Assembly: GCF_006345805.1 (NCBI RefSeq)
Contig: NC_043010.1
Location: 30,752,001 to 30,816,000, forward strand
DNA length: 64,000 bases
Source: Octopus sinensis
Lineage: Eukaryota
Direction of reading: 5' to 3'
Shown in pieces: positions 25,379 to 39,986 of this stretch. Made by a program: the position numbers and the translations under genes. Under the pieces are notes generated by a model. The model had not been told where the DNA came from and did no database searches. It was given only the letters and a program-made list of their open reading frames with translations. The stretch's first letter is position 1, and every line of letters begins with the position of its first letter.

Positions 25379-25789
25379 TCGGATCTTTTCGGTTTGAACG
25401 GCAGTTTTTTAAAATAATCTCCACGTAACTAAACACTTTTAAACTTCGTATACTGGTAGAATGTGTTTATAAAACATCTTTTTCTCTTGGCTTTAGTGAG
25501 AAAATTCTATAGTTTGTAAGATATTTGTTGTTGTTTTTTTCTTCAATTTCTGCAATTTCAACCAATCACTGACGACTATTGAGGTGAAAACATTCTGTGT
25601 CGTATGAATATGTCCCTCGTTTAAGAAACAGATTGGGTTTATTTACATTTCTGAAAAAAAAAAGATACCCTTCCCCCCACCCCTAAAACAGATTGAAATG
25701 CAATGGATCGGTACTAGGGTCATAATTATGGGTGGCAATTTCATATGACACCGCTAGAAAAAACTGCCGTTCAAACCGAAAAGATCCCA
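25379..25789. mobile_element. MITE with ~32-bp TIRs
   Basis: tcggatcttttcggtttgaacggcagtttttt versus aaaaaactgccgttcaaaccgaaaagatccca (one mismatch). atgt flanks both sides (possible 4-bp TSD). Confidence 0.85.
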
Positions 25790-26576
25790 ATGTACAGTAG
25801 TAACTGCGATGACTGAGCATCATATTCATTTAGAATCTAGAAAATTCGCTGTTCGAAGGTATACTTGATCTTGTGGTGTATGCGAGGCATTTAAACATCA
25901 CATGAGATGGCCATCGAGCGTGAACAGATTTTACGGCATTACGTACGAGGCTGCCAGTTTTTACGATGCTGGTTGTTGTTCATCCATCGTTTTGATAATT
26001 CAGCTTGGATTGTCTATGGTTGCGTTAGCCCGTCCGTTATCTGACCTGTCTGTAACGCTTATATGTGATTATTTGAAGGGGGTGGGAAGAGGAGGAAGGG
26101 AGGAAAGCGAGAAGGAGTGGAAGATGAGAAAGAAGAGGGGAAGGAAGGAGCGAGAGAGGTGGTGGTGCGTGAAATGTGTAATTTTTTTTCTAATTTTTTT
26201 TCCTCCGTTACTTAGCATGTCTGCAACGCTTTCACGGGGTTAGTTGACGGGAAAGGCGAAGAACGAAAGAAAGGGAGAGAAAAAGAGGGTAAGGCGGAGA
26301 GTAAGAGAGGAAGAGGGAGAGTACTGTGTATTTAGTCTATAAAATTGTGCATAAGGTATATGAAGTGTATATGTATTATATATATATGTATGCACCTATG
26401 TATATATATATATATATATGTCTTTCAAAATGTGACCGCGTGTGATCTTTCCTTCTCCCATGTTTCCGACAAAACGTTAAACCCTCCTTCTTTTCCTTCT
26501 TTCCTGAGTGTCCAATAATACTATATTTGTTCCACGTCCTCGCATTGGTGTTTTTTTTGTGCTTTCTTGCTTGGAT

Positions 26577-26889
<313 letters not shown>

Positions 26890-26890
<1 letters not shown>

Positions 26891-27606
26891 TAATTAATCA
26901 TATAGGGTGGCAAAAATTTGTAGAATTTTTTTGCCACCAGCGGCCTAGTGGGAAAAAATTAAATAGTCATAGACCATTTTTAAGTTCAACATCACAATCA
27001 AGGAACGGGTAAATGTTTTTTAATTTTCTCCTGGTTTACGGAATTGATGTTATTTTGCGGTTGAAGCTTGGCTGTTATTTCTAGTGGGTGAATGGCCTAT
27101 TATGGCCGTTCCTTGATTGTGATGTTGAACTTAAAAATGGTCTATGACTATTTAATTTTTTCCCACTAGGCCGCTGTTGGCAAAAAAAATTCTACAAAAT
27201 TTTTTGCCACCCTATATTGATTAATTATGAATTTTCTGTAATTCCGTAATGGACTCGGCGGCTTGTATTTATTTGCTGCCGATAATTTGGCGCGAGTGCG
27301 ATGATTTGAAATTTTATGGTCAGATATTGCCGAGGCAGGGACGGAAATGCCTCGTGAAAATATCTGTTCCGACTTGGCTATTTCTTACTGATGATTCTAG
27401 GGCCTATGGAAGATTGGCTTGATTTATTTAATCAGGTTAGTTTACCATTAAACAGTAGATGAAACGGTGCATCGTATAAGAAATTACAGGGTAAATGTTT
27501 TTTATTTTCTCCTGGTTTACGGATTGATGTTATTTTGCGGTTGAAGCTTTGGCTGTTATTTCTAGTGGGTGAATGGCCTATTATGGCCGTTCCTTGATTG
27601 TGATGT
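26890..27606 (+). mobile_element. Non-coding Penelope pLTR/retrozyme-like element with HHR
   Basis: Inverted 5' segment 26890-27008 mirrors 27106-27228. Unit 27007-27488 carries the HHR. A partial direct repeat 27489-27606 copies 27007-27125. Confidence 0.8.
27380..27484 (+). ncRNA. Type I hammerhead ribozyme
   Basis: atttctta-CTGATGA-ttcta...tagat-GAAAC-ggtgcatc-GTA-taagaaat: 8-bp stem I, intact core, GUA triplet with predicted cut after 27476. Confidence 0.85.
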
Positions 27607-27631
27607 ATATATATATAATATATATTATAAT

Positions 27632-27704
<73 letters not shown>

Positions 27705-27719
27705 GTATATATATATATG

Positions 27720-27767
<48 letters not shown>

Positions 27768-27789
27768 ATGTATATATATATATATATTG

Positions 27790-27836
<47 letters not shown>

Positions 27837-27904
27837 GTATATATGTATATATATATATATGTATATATATATATTATATATATATAATTATATATATATA
27901 TATG

Positions 27905-27950
<46 letters not shown>

Positions 27951-28014
27951 GTATATATATATGTATATATATATATATGTATATATATATAATATTAAGG
28001 TATGTAGAAAAATA

Positions 28015-28690
28015 CAAACGGACAAGAACGTATAACTCATAGAAGACGATACATAAACATGGACAGGACATTCGAACCCCTCAGTCTTCAGTCAAGAACC
28101 GGATCATCGTAGTAATTTCGGCTGATTAATCTTGAGATTACTAGATCACGGCCAGCCCTCCAAGAAAAACTAAGCTGGAAGCGTAGATTTCCTGGAAGAA
28201 GGATCGAATGCATACGAACACCAGGACAGCAAAAGGGACAGATATAAAAAAAACAAAAAACAATAATGGAATACAAAAACATGAAATACAGAAGCATTAA
28301 CGGTGAAACAACAAGTGTCTTACGACTGATAACAAGCAAACAAATTTTTTCTCTGGCGCATTGGAAAAAGCCTTATAGCGGCGGACGAAGAACAACGATG
28401 TTAACACGACGAGGGTCAGGAGCTGAAGGCAGATTTCGGCCAACAGTCACGTGACAGAGAAGAGGGAAAAGAAAGAGAAGAGAGAGAGAGAAAGGGGGAC
28501 AAAACGCAACAAAGAGAGAGAAGAGAGAGAAAGAAGGAATCAGAGAGGAGAAGGGATGGGTTGTCGAAGAATGACCTGTGAGTGCAGAGCGAGACAAAGA
28601 AATAGGAGGGTAGTGGAAGACTAGACCAAAGGATCAGAGGAAAGAGAAGATGATAGAGAGAAAGTAAAAATGAGAGAGAGAGAGAGACAA
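28015..28690 (-). mobile_element. Non-coding pLTR-like repeat, diverged homologue of the 61456-63814 array unit
   Basis: Minus strand gctggcc...cagccgaaatt.cta.gatgat.cgg...tgactgaaga.tga.gg.ttcgaatg aligns to the array unit. Both also have a pyrimidine-rich tract followed by ctgttggcc. Confidence 0.6.
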
Positions 28691-28723
28691 ACAGAGAGTC
28701 GTATGTAATATTATATATATATG

Positions 28724-28790
<67 letters not shown>

Positions 28791-28819
28791 ATATATATCC
28801 TTAAATCCTTTAAAATGCT

Positions 28820-30801
<1,982 letters not shown>

Positions 30802-30932
30802 CATATGTATATATATAATATATATATATATATATTATATATATATATTTAAATAATGAGGGAGATAAATTAATATTAATTTAAAACCAGTAGCCTAGCA
30901 TACAAAAATCTGAAATTTCAGAGAAAATTCTA

Positions 30933-31279
30933 ATACATGTGTATATTGATAGGGCAAGACCGCTAGGTAGTCGGCCGTATGCTAGAAATAGATTACCAAC
31001 GATCAAACTACAACGAATGTTTCTCTAGAGGAAAATTTCACCGAACACCAGAACAAATTAGGCGGGCAAGACAGATGAAAAATTATATAAAAAACTTATA
31101 TAAAAAACAGAATTAATTCTGTTTTTTATATAATTTTTCATCTGTCTTGCCCGCCTAATTTGTTCTGGTGTTCGCTGAAATTTTCCTCTAGAGAACATTC
31201 TTTGTAGTTTGATCGTTGGTGATCTATTTCTAGCATACGGCCGACTACCTAGCGGTCTTGCCCTCTCAATATACACATG

Positions 31280-31282
<3 letters not shown>
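30933..31282. repeat. Spacer-less palindrome with ~170-bp arms (head-to-head pLTR-like)
   Basis: Centre cagaatt|aattctg at 31114/31115. The arms match with a few substitutions and one 13-bp duplication in the left arm. Confidence 0.9.
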
Positions 31283-31343
<61 letters not shown>

Positions 31344-31357
31344 TATATATATATATT

Positions 31358-31402
<45 letters not shown>

Positions 31403-31446
31403 ATATGTTGTGTGGTGTGTGTGTGTGTGTATATATATATATGTTT

Positions 31447-31596
31447 GTAGGAGTGGCTGTGTAGTACGTAGCTTGCTTCTGGGTTCAGTCCCACTGCGTG
31501 GTACCTTGGGCAAGTGTCTTCTACTATAGCCTCAGGCCGACCAAAGCCTTGTGAGTAGATTTGGTGGACGGAAACTGAAAGAAGCCCGTCGTGTAT

Positions 31597-31641
<45 letters not shown>

Positions 31642-32040
31642 GTGTATATATGTTTGTGTGTCTGTGTATTTACGTCCCTGTAACTTAGCAGTTTGGCAAA
31701 AGAGACTGATAGAATAAGTACTAGGCTTACAAAGAATAAGTCTTGGGGTCGATTTGTTTGACTAAAAGCAGTGCCCCAGCATGGCCACAGTCAAATGACT
31801 GAAACAAGTAAAAGTATAAAGTATATATATATGTGTATGTCTGTGTTTGTCCACCCCACCCTCCAACATCGCTTGACAACCGATGCTGGTGTGTTTATGT
31901 CCCCCGTAACTTAGCAGTTCGGCAAAAGAGACCGATAGAGTAAGTACTAGGCTTACAACGAGTAAGACCAGGGGTCAATTTGCTCGACTAAAGGCGTTGC
32001 TCCAGCATGGCCGCAATCAATGACTGAAACAAGCAAAAGA

Positions 32041-32041
<1 letters not shown>
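31447..32041 (+). mobile_element. SINE family A: full copy (31447-31821) plus a tandem 3' half (31835-32041)
   Basis: Head gtaggagtggctgtgtagt...gggttcagtccca, internal (TA)n, tail cagcatggcc(a/g)cagtcaaatgactgaaacaagtaaaag. Confidence 0.88.
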
Positions 32042-32089
<48 letters not shown>

Positions 32090-32090
32090 A

Positions 32091-32725
32091 TTAATAAATC
32101 TTAGCGTAGCAAAATAAATTTAGAAAAATTCTTTGCTACCAGTGGTCTAGCGAGAAGAAACATCTAATCAATAGACTATTTATTATCCATATAAAGATAC
32201 AGTGTACTTTTAAACATCCTGTGTTGTCCTTGCCAACATCGCTTGACACCCGACGCTGGATATATGAACAGGATATTTGAATAATATATGGTCTATTGAC
32301 TAGTTTTTTTCTTCTTGCTAGACCACTGGTAGCAAAGAATTTTTCTAAATTTGTTTTTGCTACCCTAAGATTTATTAATTAATGATAAAATGTTTTTTGG
32401 CTAATTTTGAAAGAAAATCAGCACCCTTTGTATTTGCTGCCAATAAAAAACTGCGCGTGCGCGGTGGATTTTAAAAAATTATAACATATAAACACAAGGC
32501 ATGTTCTTTATCGCCTCGTCTTTATATGTTAATCTTGGCTTCCTGCTGATGAGAGCTTCGCCAATTGTAAATTATTTTATTCGCAAAAGATTGCTTGAAA
32601 CTATGCATAGTCCAGGAAATATAGGGTAAATGTTTTTAATTTTCATTCCCTTTTGAAATTACCCCTAATAGTGGTTTGTGATTTAACTACTCTTCCTAGC
32701 GAGGCAGATGTCCTCTTATGGCCAT
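32091..32725 (+). mobile_element. Non-coding pLTR/retrozyme-like element with HHR (relative of 26890-27606)
   Basis: Inverted arms 32091-32186 and 32281-32378, then the HHR, then agggtaaatgtttttaattttc as seen after the 27.4-kb HHR. Confidence 0.75.
32540..32618 (+). ncRNA. Type I hammerhead ribozyme (best match)
   Basis: ttcctg-CTGATGA-gagc...gctt-GAAAC-tatgcata-GTC-caggaa: 6-bp stem I, 4-bp stem II, palindromic stem III, canonical GUC with predicted cut after 32612. Confidence 0.92.
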
Positions 32726-33230
32726 CTCTTTATATAATATATATATATATATATATAATTGGAATTTATAGAAAACAAAAGACGAAGACAGATGATGAAC
32801 AACAAACAAGTATATTAGTTTCACACTCGAGAAAAATGAAAAAGTATTTTACGTTTCGAGCCTACACTCTTCACCAGGAAAGAACAAAAGAAAATAAACA
32901 GAGAGAGAATGAAAATAAAACGTGTAGAGTTCAGCGCTCCAACATGGCGAAGGATTAGAAAAAAAGAGGTTGAAAGAAAGGAAGATAATGGAAATAGAAA
33001 AAGGGAATAATAATAGTGCTAGTGATTCCAACAAGAGAAGGTGCACGTGCTTGTGTATGTGAGAATGGTGTGTGTGAGTGTATGTGTGTAATGTGTATGT
33101 GTGTTGTGTGTAGCAATTGATGTGTTCTTTCTCACGTTGTGTGTGCACATGTGTGTGTGAACAAACAGTGTGCATGTGCATGATGTATGTATGTATGTAT
33201 GTATGTATGTATGTATATATATATATATGA

Positions 33231-33278
<48 letters not shown>

Positions 33279-33279
33279 T

Positions 33280-33660
33280 GGCTGCCCCCTCGTTATCGAG
33301 TATGCCATTGCACGAAGCTTAATCAATGTTGTTATCGTGCAATGCCTGTGCAAGAAGATCTTTTTTAAAGTGAGGAAAGGCTATGCACTGAGTCAATCCC
33401 ACTCACTAAGCAACAGCAGTCATAATCCGGAAAGAAGAACAAGTCAACATCATCGGTAACCACTGAGCCGCAGGTTTTATATCGGAGTTATCCCAGTTAA
33501 CAGAGTTACCTTCTCCTAGAAGGATGCCCTAACAAAGGCGAGGAGTCCTTCACTCCCAATGGTTTAACCACGCAATCGGGCGGAAGAACTCTTGAGAGTC
33601 AACGGCCATCCAATAAATGTCTTAAGGTTGTATCATACGCGGGGAAATAGAAATAATCGG
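33280..33660 (-). mobile_element. Possible RTE LINE 5'-region remnant
   Basis: Minus-strand ggcatccttctaggagaaggtaactctg resembles 5'-UTR motifs I recall from RTE LINEs. No ORF support. Confidence 0.3.
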
Positions 33661-33719
33661 ACTGAATATATATATATATATATATTATAAGCGAGAAAGA
33701 AGCATAAGATGGATAGGTT

Positions 33720-33804
33720 TTAGTACAATCGTTTCATACAAGGACAGGCTTTATTAAAAGTTGCAAATTACAGCATATAAACGTGTCCCGTACTCATCAG
33801 CTAA
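33720..33804 (-). ncRNA. Type I hammerhead ribozyme
   Basis: Minus strand: ttag-CTGATGA-gtacgggac...gtccttgtat-GAAAC-gatt-GTA-ctaa. Confidence 0.85.
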
Positions 33805-34087
33805 TACATGTGAGTTCTCTAGACATCCTAGTGGTTGAGGCTATACTCATGAAGTAATGTAGATAATTAAGTAACATAAACAGATTTCCAAGTTCATTAA
33901 AGTTCTTTAAAGATGATGTACAGTCTTATCACAGAATTTAAAAAGTTTTTTAAAATTCTATGATAAGACTGTACATCATCTTTAAAGAACTTTAGAACTT
34001 TGGAAATCTGTTTATGTTACTTAATTATCTACATTACTTCATGAGTATAGCCTCAACCACTAGGATGTCTAGAGACTCACATGTATT

Positions 34088-34168
34088 TTAGCTGAGTACG
34101 GGACACGTTATATGCTGTAATTTTTGCAACTTTTAATAAAGCTGTCCTTGTATGAAACGATGTACTAA
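34088..34168 (+). ncRNA. Degenerate HHR, mirror copy (core lacks TGA)
   Basis: ttag-CTGA[tga missing]-gtacgggac...gtccttgtat-GAAAC-gat-GTA-ctaa. Confidence 0.55.
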
Positions 34169-34334
34169 ACCTATCCATTCTTGTTGCTTCTTTCTCGCTT
34201 ATAATCACCCCACATTACTGTATTGTTAAAACAGTATAGTTTTTTTTTGTGCATCTAAGTAGGTACATATTCAAGTAAATTCATTTAATTAATTGAATCT
34301 TTATTGCTTTTTGAATATATATATAGTATATATA

Positions 34335-34385
<51 letters not shown>

Positions 34386-34396
34386 TATATAACATA

Positions 34397-34456
<60 letters not shown>

Positions 34457-35555
34457 CTATATATATACATATACATATATATTATATACATATATTATAT
34501 ATATATATATCATTATATATATACATATATATATATAATATCACATATATATATACATATACGTACATATATATATATATATATATATATATTATTATAT
34601 ATATATATATTATATATATATATTATATATATATATATATATATATCTATTAACATTATATAGAAGAGAGAGAATGCTATATTAAATCTCTGAGCGAGAT
34701 ATAAACAGTAACAGTATAGAACCGTAACATATTTTGTCAACTAAGTGTGGCATCCTATACAAGACAGTGCTACTGATGTTTATAGCTTCAGGAAGATTTC
34801 TCCTCTAGCTGGCTTATGACACACATGCTGTGTCCGATTAGTATTTGCAAGGGGAGGTCATCGCTTCCATCTCTAGCCTTATGTGATACACATGGACTTG
34901 AGTTTTTGGGTGGATGCCCATCCTCGGCATGTGTTAATCACAGTGAAAAGGGGTTAAAGGTTATGTTATATAAACAGGTTGTGCTATATAAATGGACTGC
35001 GTTACAATAACAAAAAGATGGTGAAACAGTAACATTACTAGATTTGCTGTAATCGTTTTAGACAAACTAGAGACGAAACGAGTATAATATTTCATTTAAA
35101 TATATTAGATGTCATGACACTCATATAACAGGTTTTGTGTATTTAGGTGTGGATTCATCATATGAAAATAGTTATATTATAGTGGTTGAAATAAAAAATG
35201 ATTGAAATATTTGAAGCTGGTCACAAAAAGAGGAATGAAAATATATGGATTTTAAGCACTAATGTAGTGAATGTTGAGTTAAAACACTGCATCAGGAACA
35301 TTAATAGTCCGATACATGGAAGGAAACTGGTAGGTAGGTGGATAAGTAAATTACTCAATCCTCTTTCATGTAAGCTAAAGAATAGTTAGTTGAACTTTGC
35401 TTTCAGGTAGGTCATATATTATTGAGTGATCTGTTGTGTATATTATTAGTAAAAATTGTATTGTCTTTATATATATTTATATTTATACTGTAAAATTAGA
35501 TTTAATCCTAAATCTAATTTTTCCCTGTAAGTTTGGATTTACTCCCTAATATTAT

Positions 35556-35596
<41 letters not shown>

Positions 35597-35759
35597 TTTA
35601 CACATGCACATACTCATATGTTTGGTTAATGATATGGTGTATATATCCAAATAATAAATGAATATGCGTGTGCGCATCCATGTGTTCAATTTGCCCTTAA
35701 CTCAAGGTAACTATTTCTCAAGAATTCAAGTAGGGTTTTTTCAAAAATTTAGTATATAA

Positions 35760-35919
35760 GCGCAGGCATGGCTGTGTAGTAAGAGGCTTGCTTCCCAACC
35801 ATATGGTCTCCAGTTCAGTGTCACTGCGTGGCACCTTGGGTAAGTGTCTTCTACTATATCTTTGGATCGACTGAACCCTTGTGAGAGGATTGGTTAACGG
35901 AAACTAAAAGGAGCCCATC
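35760..35919 (+). mobile_element. SINE family A, 5' half
   Basis: ggcgcaggcatggctgtgtagtaag...cagttcagtgtcactgcgtggcaccttggg...ggaaactaaaaggagccc. Confidence 0.8.
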
Positions 35920-35978
35920 ATATGTATATATATATATATATATTATTATATATTATATATATATATATTTTTTTTTTT

Positions 35979-36579
35979 TTTTAATGTCTTACTTTGAAGA
36001 ATTGCATTCGTGGGATTAGTAATATTTTTGGTAGAAATGACTAATTTCCCTCTTAGCGTTTGCATGTATGTATAATGCTTCTGGCATGTATGTATAATGC
36101 CCTCATATATATAAATTAATATGTTCAATAAGAAATAATTATTTTCGAAATTTTTTCTCTTATGAGGTTTTACGCTATCTACCTGACAATTTCTTGTTAA
36201 GTTTTCCTTATTAAGTAGTGTCGTCTTAATTGCTAAATTTATTCCGAAAAAAACTTTCCTCTCCCGAAAGCAATTCGTAAAAGTTTGCCATTTATCCGGA
36301 TGTAATATATGTAAACTCAACCATGTGCTTCGTTGATGTCGAGCAGTAGCTGATCGGCTTAAGCGGGGCAGGGTCGTTGGTTATTTATAATACATTCAGG
36401 CCTGCTGATGTACGTAAGTATGAAATCACTGTGATACAGGTCTATATTTTTTTTAATGTCTTACTTGAAGAATTGCATTCGGTGGGATTAGTAATATTTT
36501 TGGTAGAAATGACTAATTGGCCCTCTTAGCGTTTGGCATGTATGTATAATGCCTTCTGGCATGTATGTATAATGCCCTC
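35979..36579 (+). mobile_element. ~470-bp unit plus ~125-bp partial direct repeat, with a compact HHR-like motif at the unit end
   Basis: 35979-36104 is repeated at 36451-36579. Motif at 36399-36442: ggcctg-CTGATG[A missing]-tac gtaa gtat-GAAA-tcactgtga-TA-caggtc. Confidence 0.7.
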
Positions 36580-36619
36580 TATATATAATATATATATATA
36601 TATATATATGAAGCTTTTG

Positions 36620-37177
36620 ACACAATGAAGCTTTTGACACCATCCTCCAGAACATTCCTGTATTAAAAAAGGACCATAGAATGAACCAAATCCTCCTAAC
36701 ACACGAAATCATAAAGAGCAAAAGGCAACCCAAATCATTGAAAACCATCCTAACAAATGCCAAAGTACTGCCAACCACAGCAACTAAACCCACAGTAAAC
36801 AAATGCAATAGACCTAACCTAATAGAAGGTCCGGAATTCCTTTTTAAACAAGAGAAACGTTTCACAGTAAAACACAACTTCACATGCGCATCAGAAAACC
36901 TAGTATATGTCTTAACTTGCTTGGGCTGTAATGAACACTACAAACTAAAAATAGCCTCCGCCAACGCATGACTGTCCACAGATCCCAAATAAAAATACAG
37001 GAATACAGAAAAATAGCACTTAGTGCACATATTGATACCTGTGCCGCACAACTCCATCCCAATTTTAGAATCTTTCCCCTCTACAAATTTAAAGACAATG
37101 CCACTCATACCCAGCGAATAACCATGGAATCCCACCTTATTAATAAATACAGACCACTTCTAAACACATCCCCCTAA
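36620..37177 (+). mobile_element. Penelope-like (Neptune-type) GIY-YIG 3' fragment
   Basis: KRQPKSLKTILTNAK...HNFTCASENLVYVLTCLGCNEHY, then (frameshift) MTVHRSQI...SAHIDTC...ESHLINKYRPLLN. Confidence 0.85.
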
Positions 37178-38664
37178 CACGAACCCACAACAAACACACT
37201 TACACCTGCACACACCCTACACACACCTTTACCCAGATATTAACACCATGACACACGCAAATATATGGTTCCACACATACACATAATTGAATACGGGTGC
37301 AAAACATCCAACATTATTTTTTGGAAATGTCTGTAAATATTGACTTCACACAAACACGTTGCTTCCCGATACAGGTACAAGGCCAGCAGAACTATAAATA
37401 TTGAAAATTGTACCCACACACGCACACATATATACACGCGCGCGCGCCCCAACATATATATAAACACACACACATACACACACACGCGCGCACGCACATA
37501 CATACATACATACAGCTCTTCCTGTCCTAAACGAACTTACTTATCCAGCTCAAATTCAGTCAAGCGGAAAATACACTCCCTAACTACGCGCTGAAAAGCT
37601 ATTTAAAATATCCACATGACGTCTACTGACCAGCTTGAACAATAAGAATTTTCAACAACGCTATTTTCGAAAATTCTAAACATTCACGTGACCTCTCTAT
37701 TATGACCACATCCACGTGACCTCTTTATTATGACCAATAAGAAATTTTAGGCGCGACACTAGCCAAATTTTAACTTCTCTGGAGCCTTTTTTCTTACCCC
37801 AACACCAACTTCCATTCAAACATTCACGTGACCCCTTCATAATGACCAAGCAAAATTGTATTGACCATTGTCCACAAGAAATTTTAGGCGCGAAACCAAG
37901 CAAATCCAAAACAATCTGGAGCCTCTTTTTTCACATATAAGAGACAGCAAACCCAACATAAAGTCAGATAAGAGGAAAAAATCTATCAGAAAAGGAACCT
38001 AATCTCTCTTTAAAAAATATATTTTGATAAGCCAACAAATGCGACCGGTAAAAAGAACTTTCACCTAATTAAATTACTTAAATTACTTAAATTATTTTGT
38101 CAGCATTTTCTCATTTTTTTATATATATATAGATATTATATATATATATATATATATATCTATATATAATATATATATATATATATTATATATAATATAT
38201 ATATATATTGTGAAATAGAAAGATGAATAATCTTGTTGCAGATTAATCAAAAGTTTAACCGATACCTTCGTAGCAAAAATCACAGCAGAATACAGCACGG
38301 TTGGAGGTACAACCCTCATATCATTATTACTACTATTATTATTCCTACTGAGCGTTAAACCGGGAGCGGAAGAAGCTGTGCCTCCGGAAAAAGGTGATAG
38401 GGTCTTAGTAAGCAGCCTATTATTATGGGAGGCGATTATCTGGGCGAGGTTTTTAGTGCTTATGGTTTGTAATTTCCTTTGGTAAGCAGATTAGAACTAA
38501 TCTCCCCCTCATGTTTCGACAAGCCATCGCCAATAACTTCCCCAGAAATTCCAAATATTACTCCACGGTTAACTCGCATAAAGTTAGGATAGCTTTCTCC
38601 AGGCACAGCTTCTTCCGCTCCCGGTTTAACGCTCAGTAGGAATAATAATAGTAGTAATAATGAT

Positions 38665-39414
38665 ATGAGAGCCAGTACAGTGACTCATAATCTCAGCTCC
38701 AACCAGGGATTAGATACTAGGGGTATAGTTATAAATAAGGGTGATGTAATTGACGGTAACAATGGCAGTAGTGAGGTGAGGGCAGCTCGGCTCGTTAGGG
38801 TAGAGAGTCCCATTAGCAACTCCAGCATCATTTCCGGCAATAGCAGCACCACGGGCACTAGCAATGACAGCACTCTGAGTGATAGTGTAGATTCAGGGGT
38901 TATTCCGTTAGTTAATAGTGACGTAGTGGAAAATAAAGTAGTAAGCGGCTGCAGTTCTCGCAACAAATATAGTAACAGTAACGCAGTTCTAATTTCAGAA
39001 ACTAATCCTAATAGAATAAGGTTCACGTCGGTGAACTCCAAGATCAGAAACGCCGTCTACCAATGTAAGGTTTACACGGACTCAGATGTTTACGCTTATG
39101 TCGGGGCCTCATCGTCAAGATTGGCCTCACGAATCTCCAACCATTACGCAACTTTTCGAGACGTGAATAAATGCCAGACCACGGGACTTAGCAAGCTAAT
39201 ATGGCGATTGAAGAATACGAACTCAAGCTACAGACTGGAATGGTCAATTTTGTCGGTGGCCCTCCCATTTGACAGGGGCAGAAGGAAGTGCAACCTTTGT
39301 GTCTCCGAACTCTTCCATATATTGTTCGCCAGAGACCGGATGGTAAACGGACTTTTGCAGTCGGCTTTTCGATGCCCCCATTGGCGGCGTTATACTTATC
39401 TTGCTTATAAATAA
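38665..39414 (+). CDS. PLE GIY-YIG endonuclease ORF with Ser/Asn/Val-rich linker (249 aa, open)
   Basis: NAVYQCKV...YAYVGASSSRLASRISNHYATF...TTGLSKLIWRLK...EWSIL...CNLCVSELFHI...FRCPH, which covers the full PLE endonuclease motif series. Confidence 0.75.
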   Translation: MRASTVTHNLSSNQGLDTRGIVINKGDVIDGNNGSSEVRAARLVRVESPISNSSIISGNSSTTGTSNDSTLSDSVDSGVIPLVNSDVVENKVVSGCSSRNKYSNSNAVLISETNPNRIRFTSVNSKIRNAVYQCKVYTDSDVYAYVGASSSRLASRISNHYATFRDVNKCQTTGLSKLIWRLKNTNSSYRLEWSILSVALPFDRGRRKCNLCVSELFHILFARDRMVNGLLQSAFRCPHWRRYTYLAYK

Positions 39415-39986
39415 CGCTTATAAATAATACCTGCACCCGGTTACACTACTTATATGAAAATAGCCCTTGGAAATAAATTCTGAAATAGCTTTTAAGAGAA
39501 ATATGATTAACCATTGCAAGGGGAATTACTCCTGGGAGACGAATGGGGGTTTGTTTTTGACGACGGGGGGTTTCTTTGACAAGGCATGATTAGACGAACA
39601 CACGCACACATAAAATATTTTTCTGCCACCCAACTGATTTTACAGCAGTGGCCATTACTGATTTTACAGCAGTGACCATTGTGTAGGGCTGTTTACGTAC
39701 ACATACACATGTTTCTAAGTAGATTTTGTCTCGCCCCATATAATACACCTAATATTCTTTAAATAGTCAGATCTTTAGTCTCGGTCACAAAGAACATCTA
39801 AGCACCCCGTGCTCTCACCCACTGGAATGACCGCTGCCTGACCCGTTAAAATCTTCAACGCACCCACCACCCGCTTTCAACATACATTGATAAACAGTTT
39901 GGCCATGGGCTCTTAGGAGCCTCGTTCGATTTGTTTTGCTCCGCCTCTGTTCTGTTTTTGTTTTTTTCCAACGAATTTCCTATTTC

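Larger units (their letters stand above)
33684..34205. repeat. Palindrome with ~260-bp arms carrying an HHR in each arm
   Basis: Centre near 33945. The arms mirror each other, with many 1-3-nt indels in the right arm. Confidence 0.9.
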
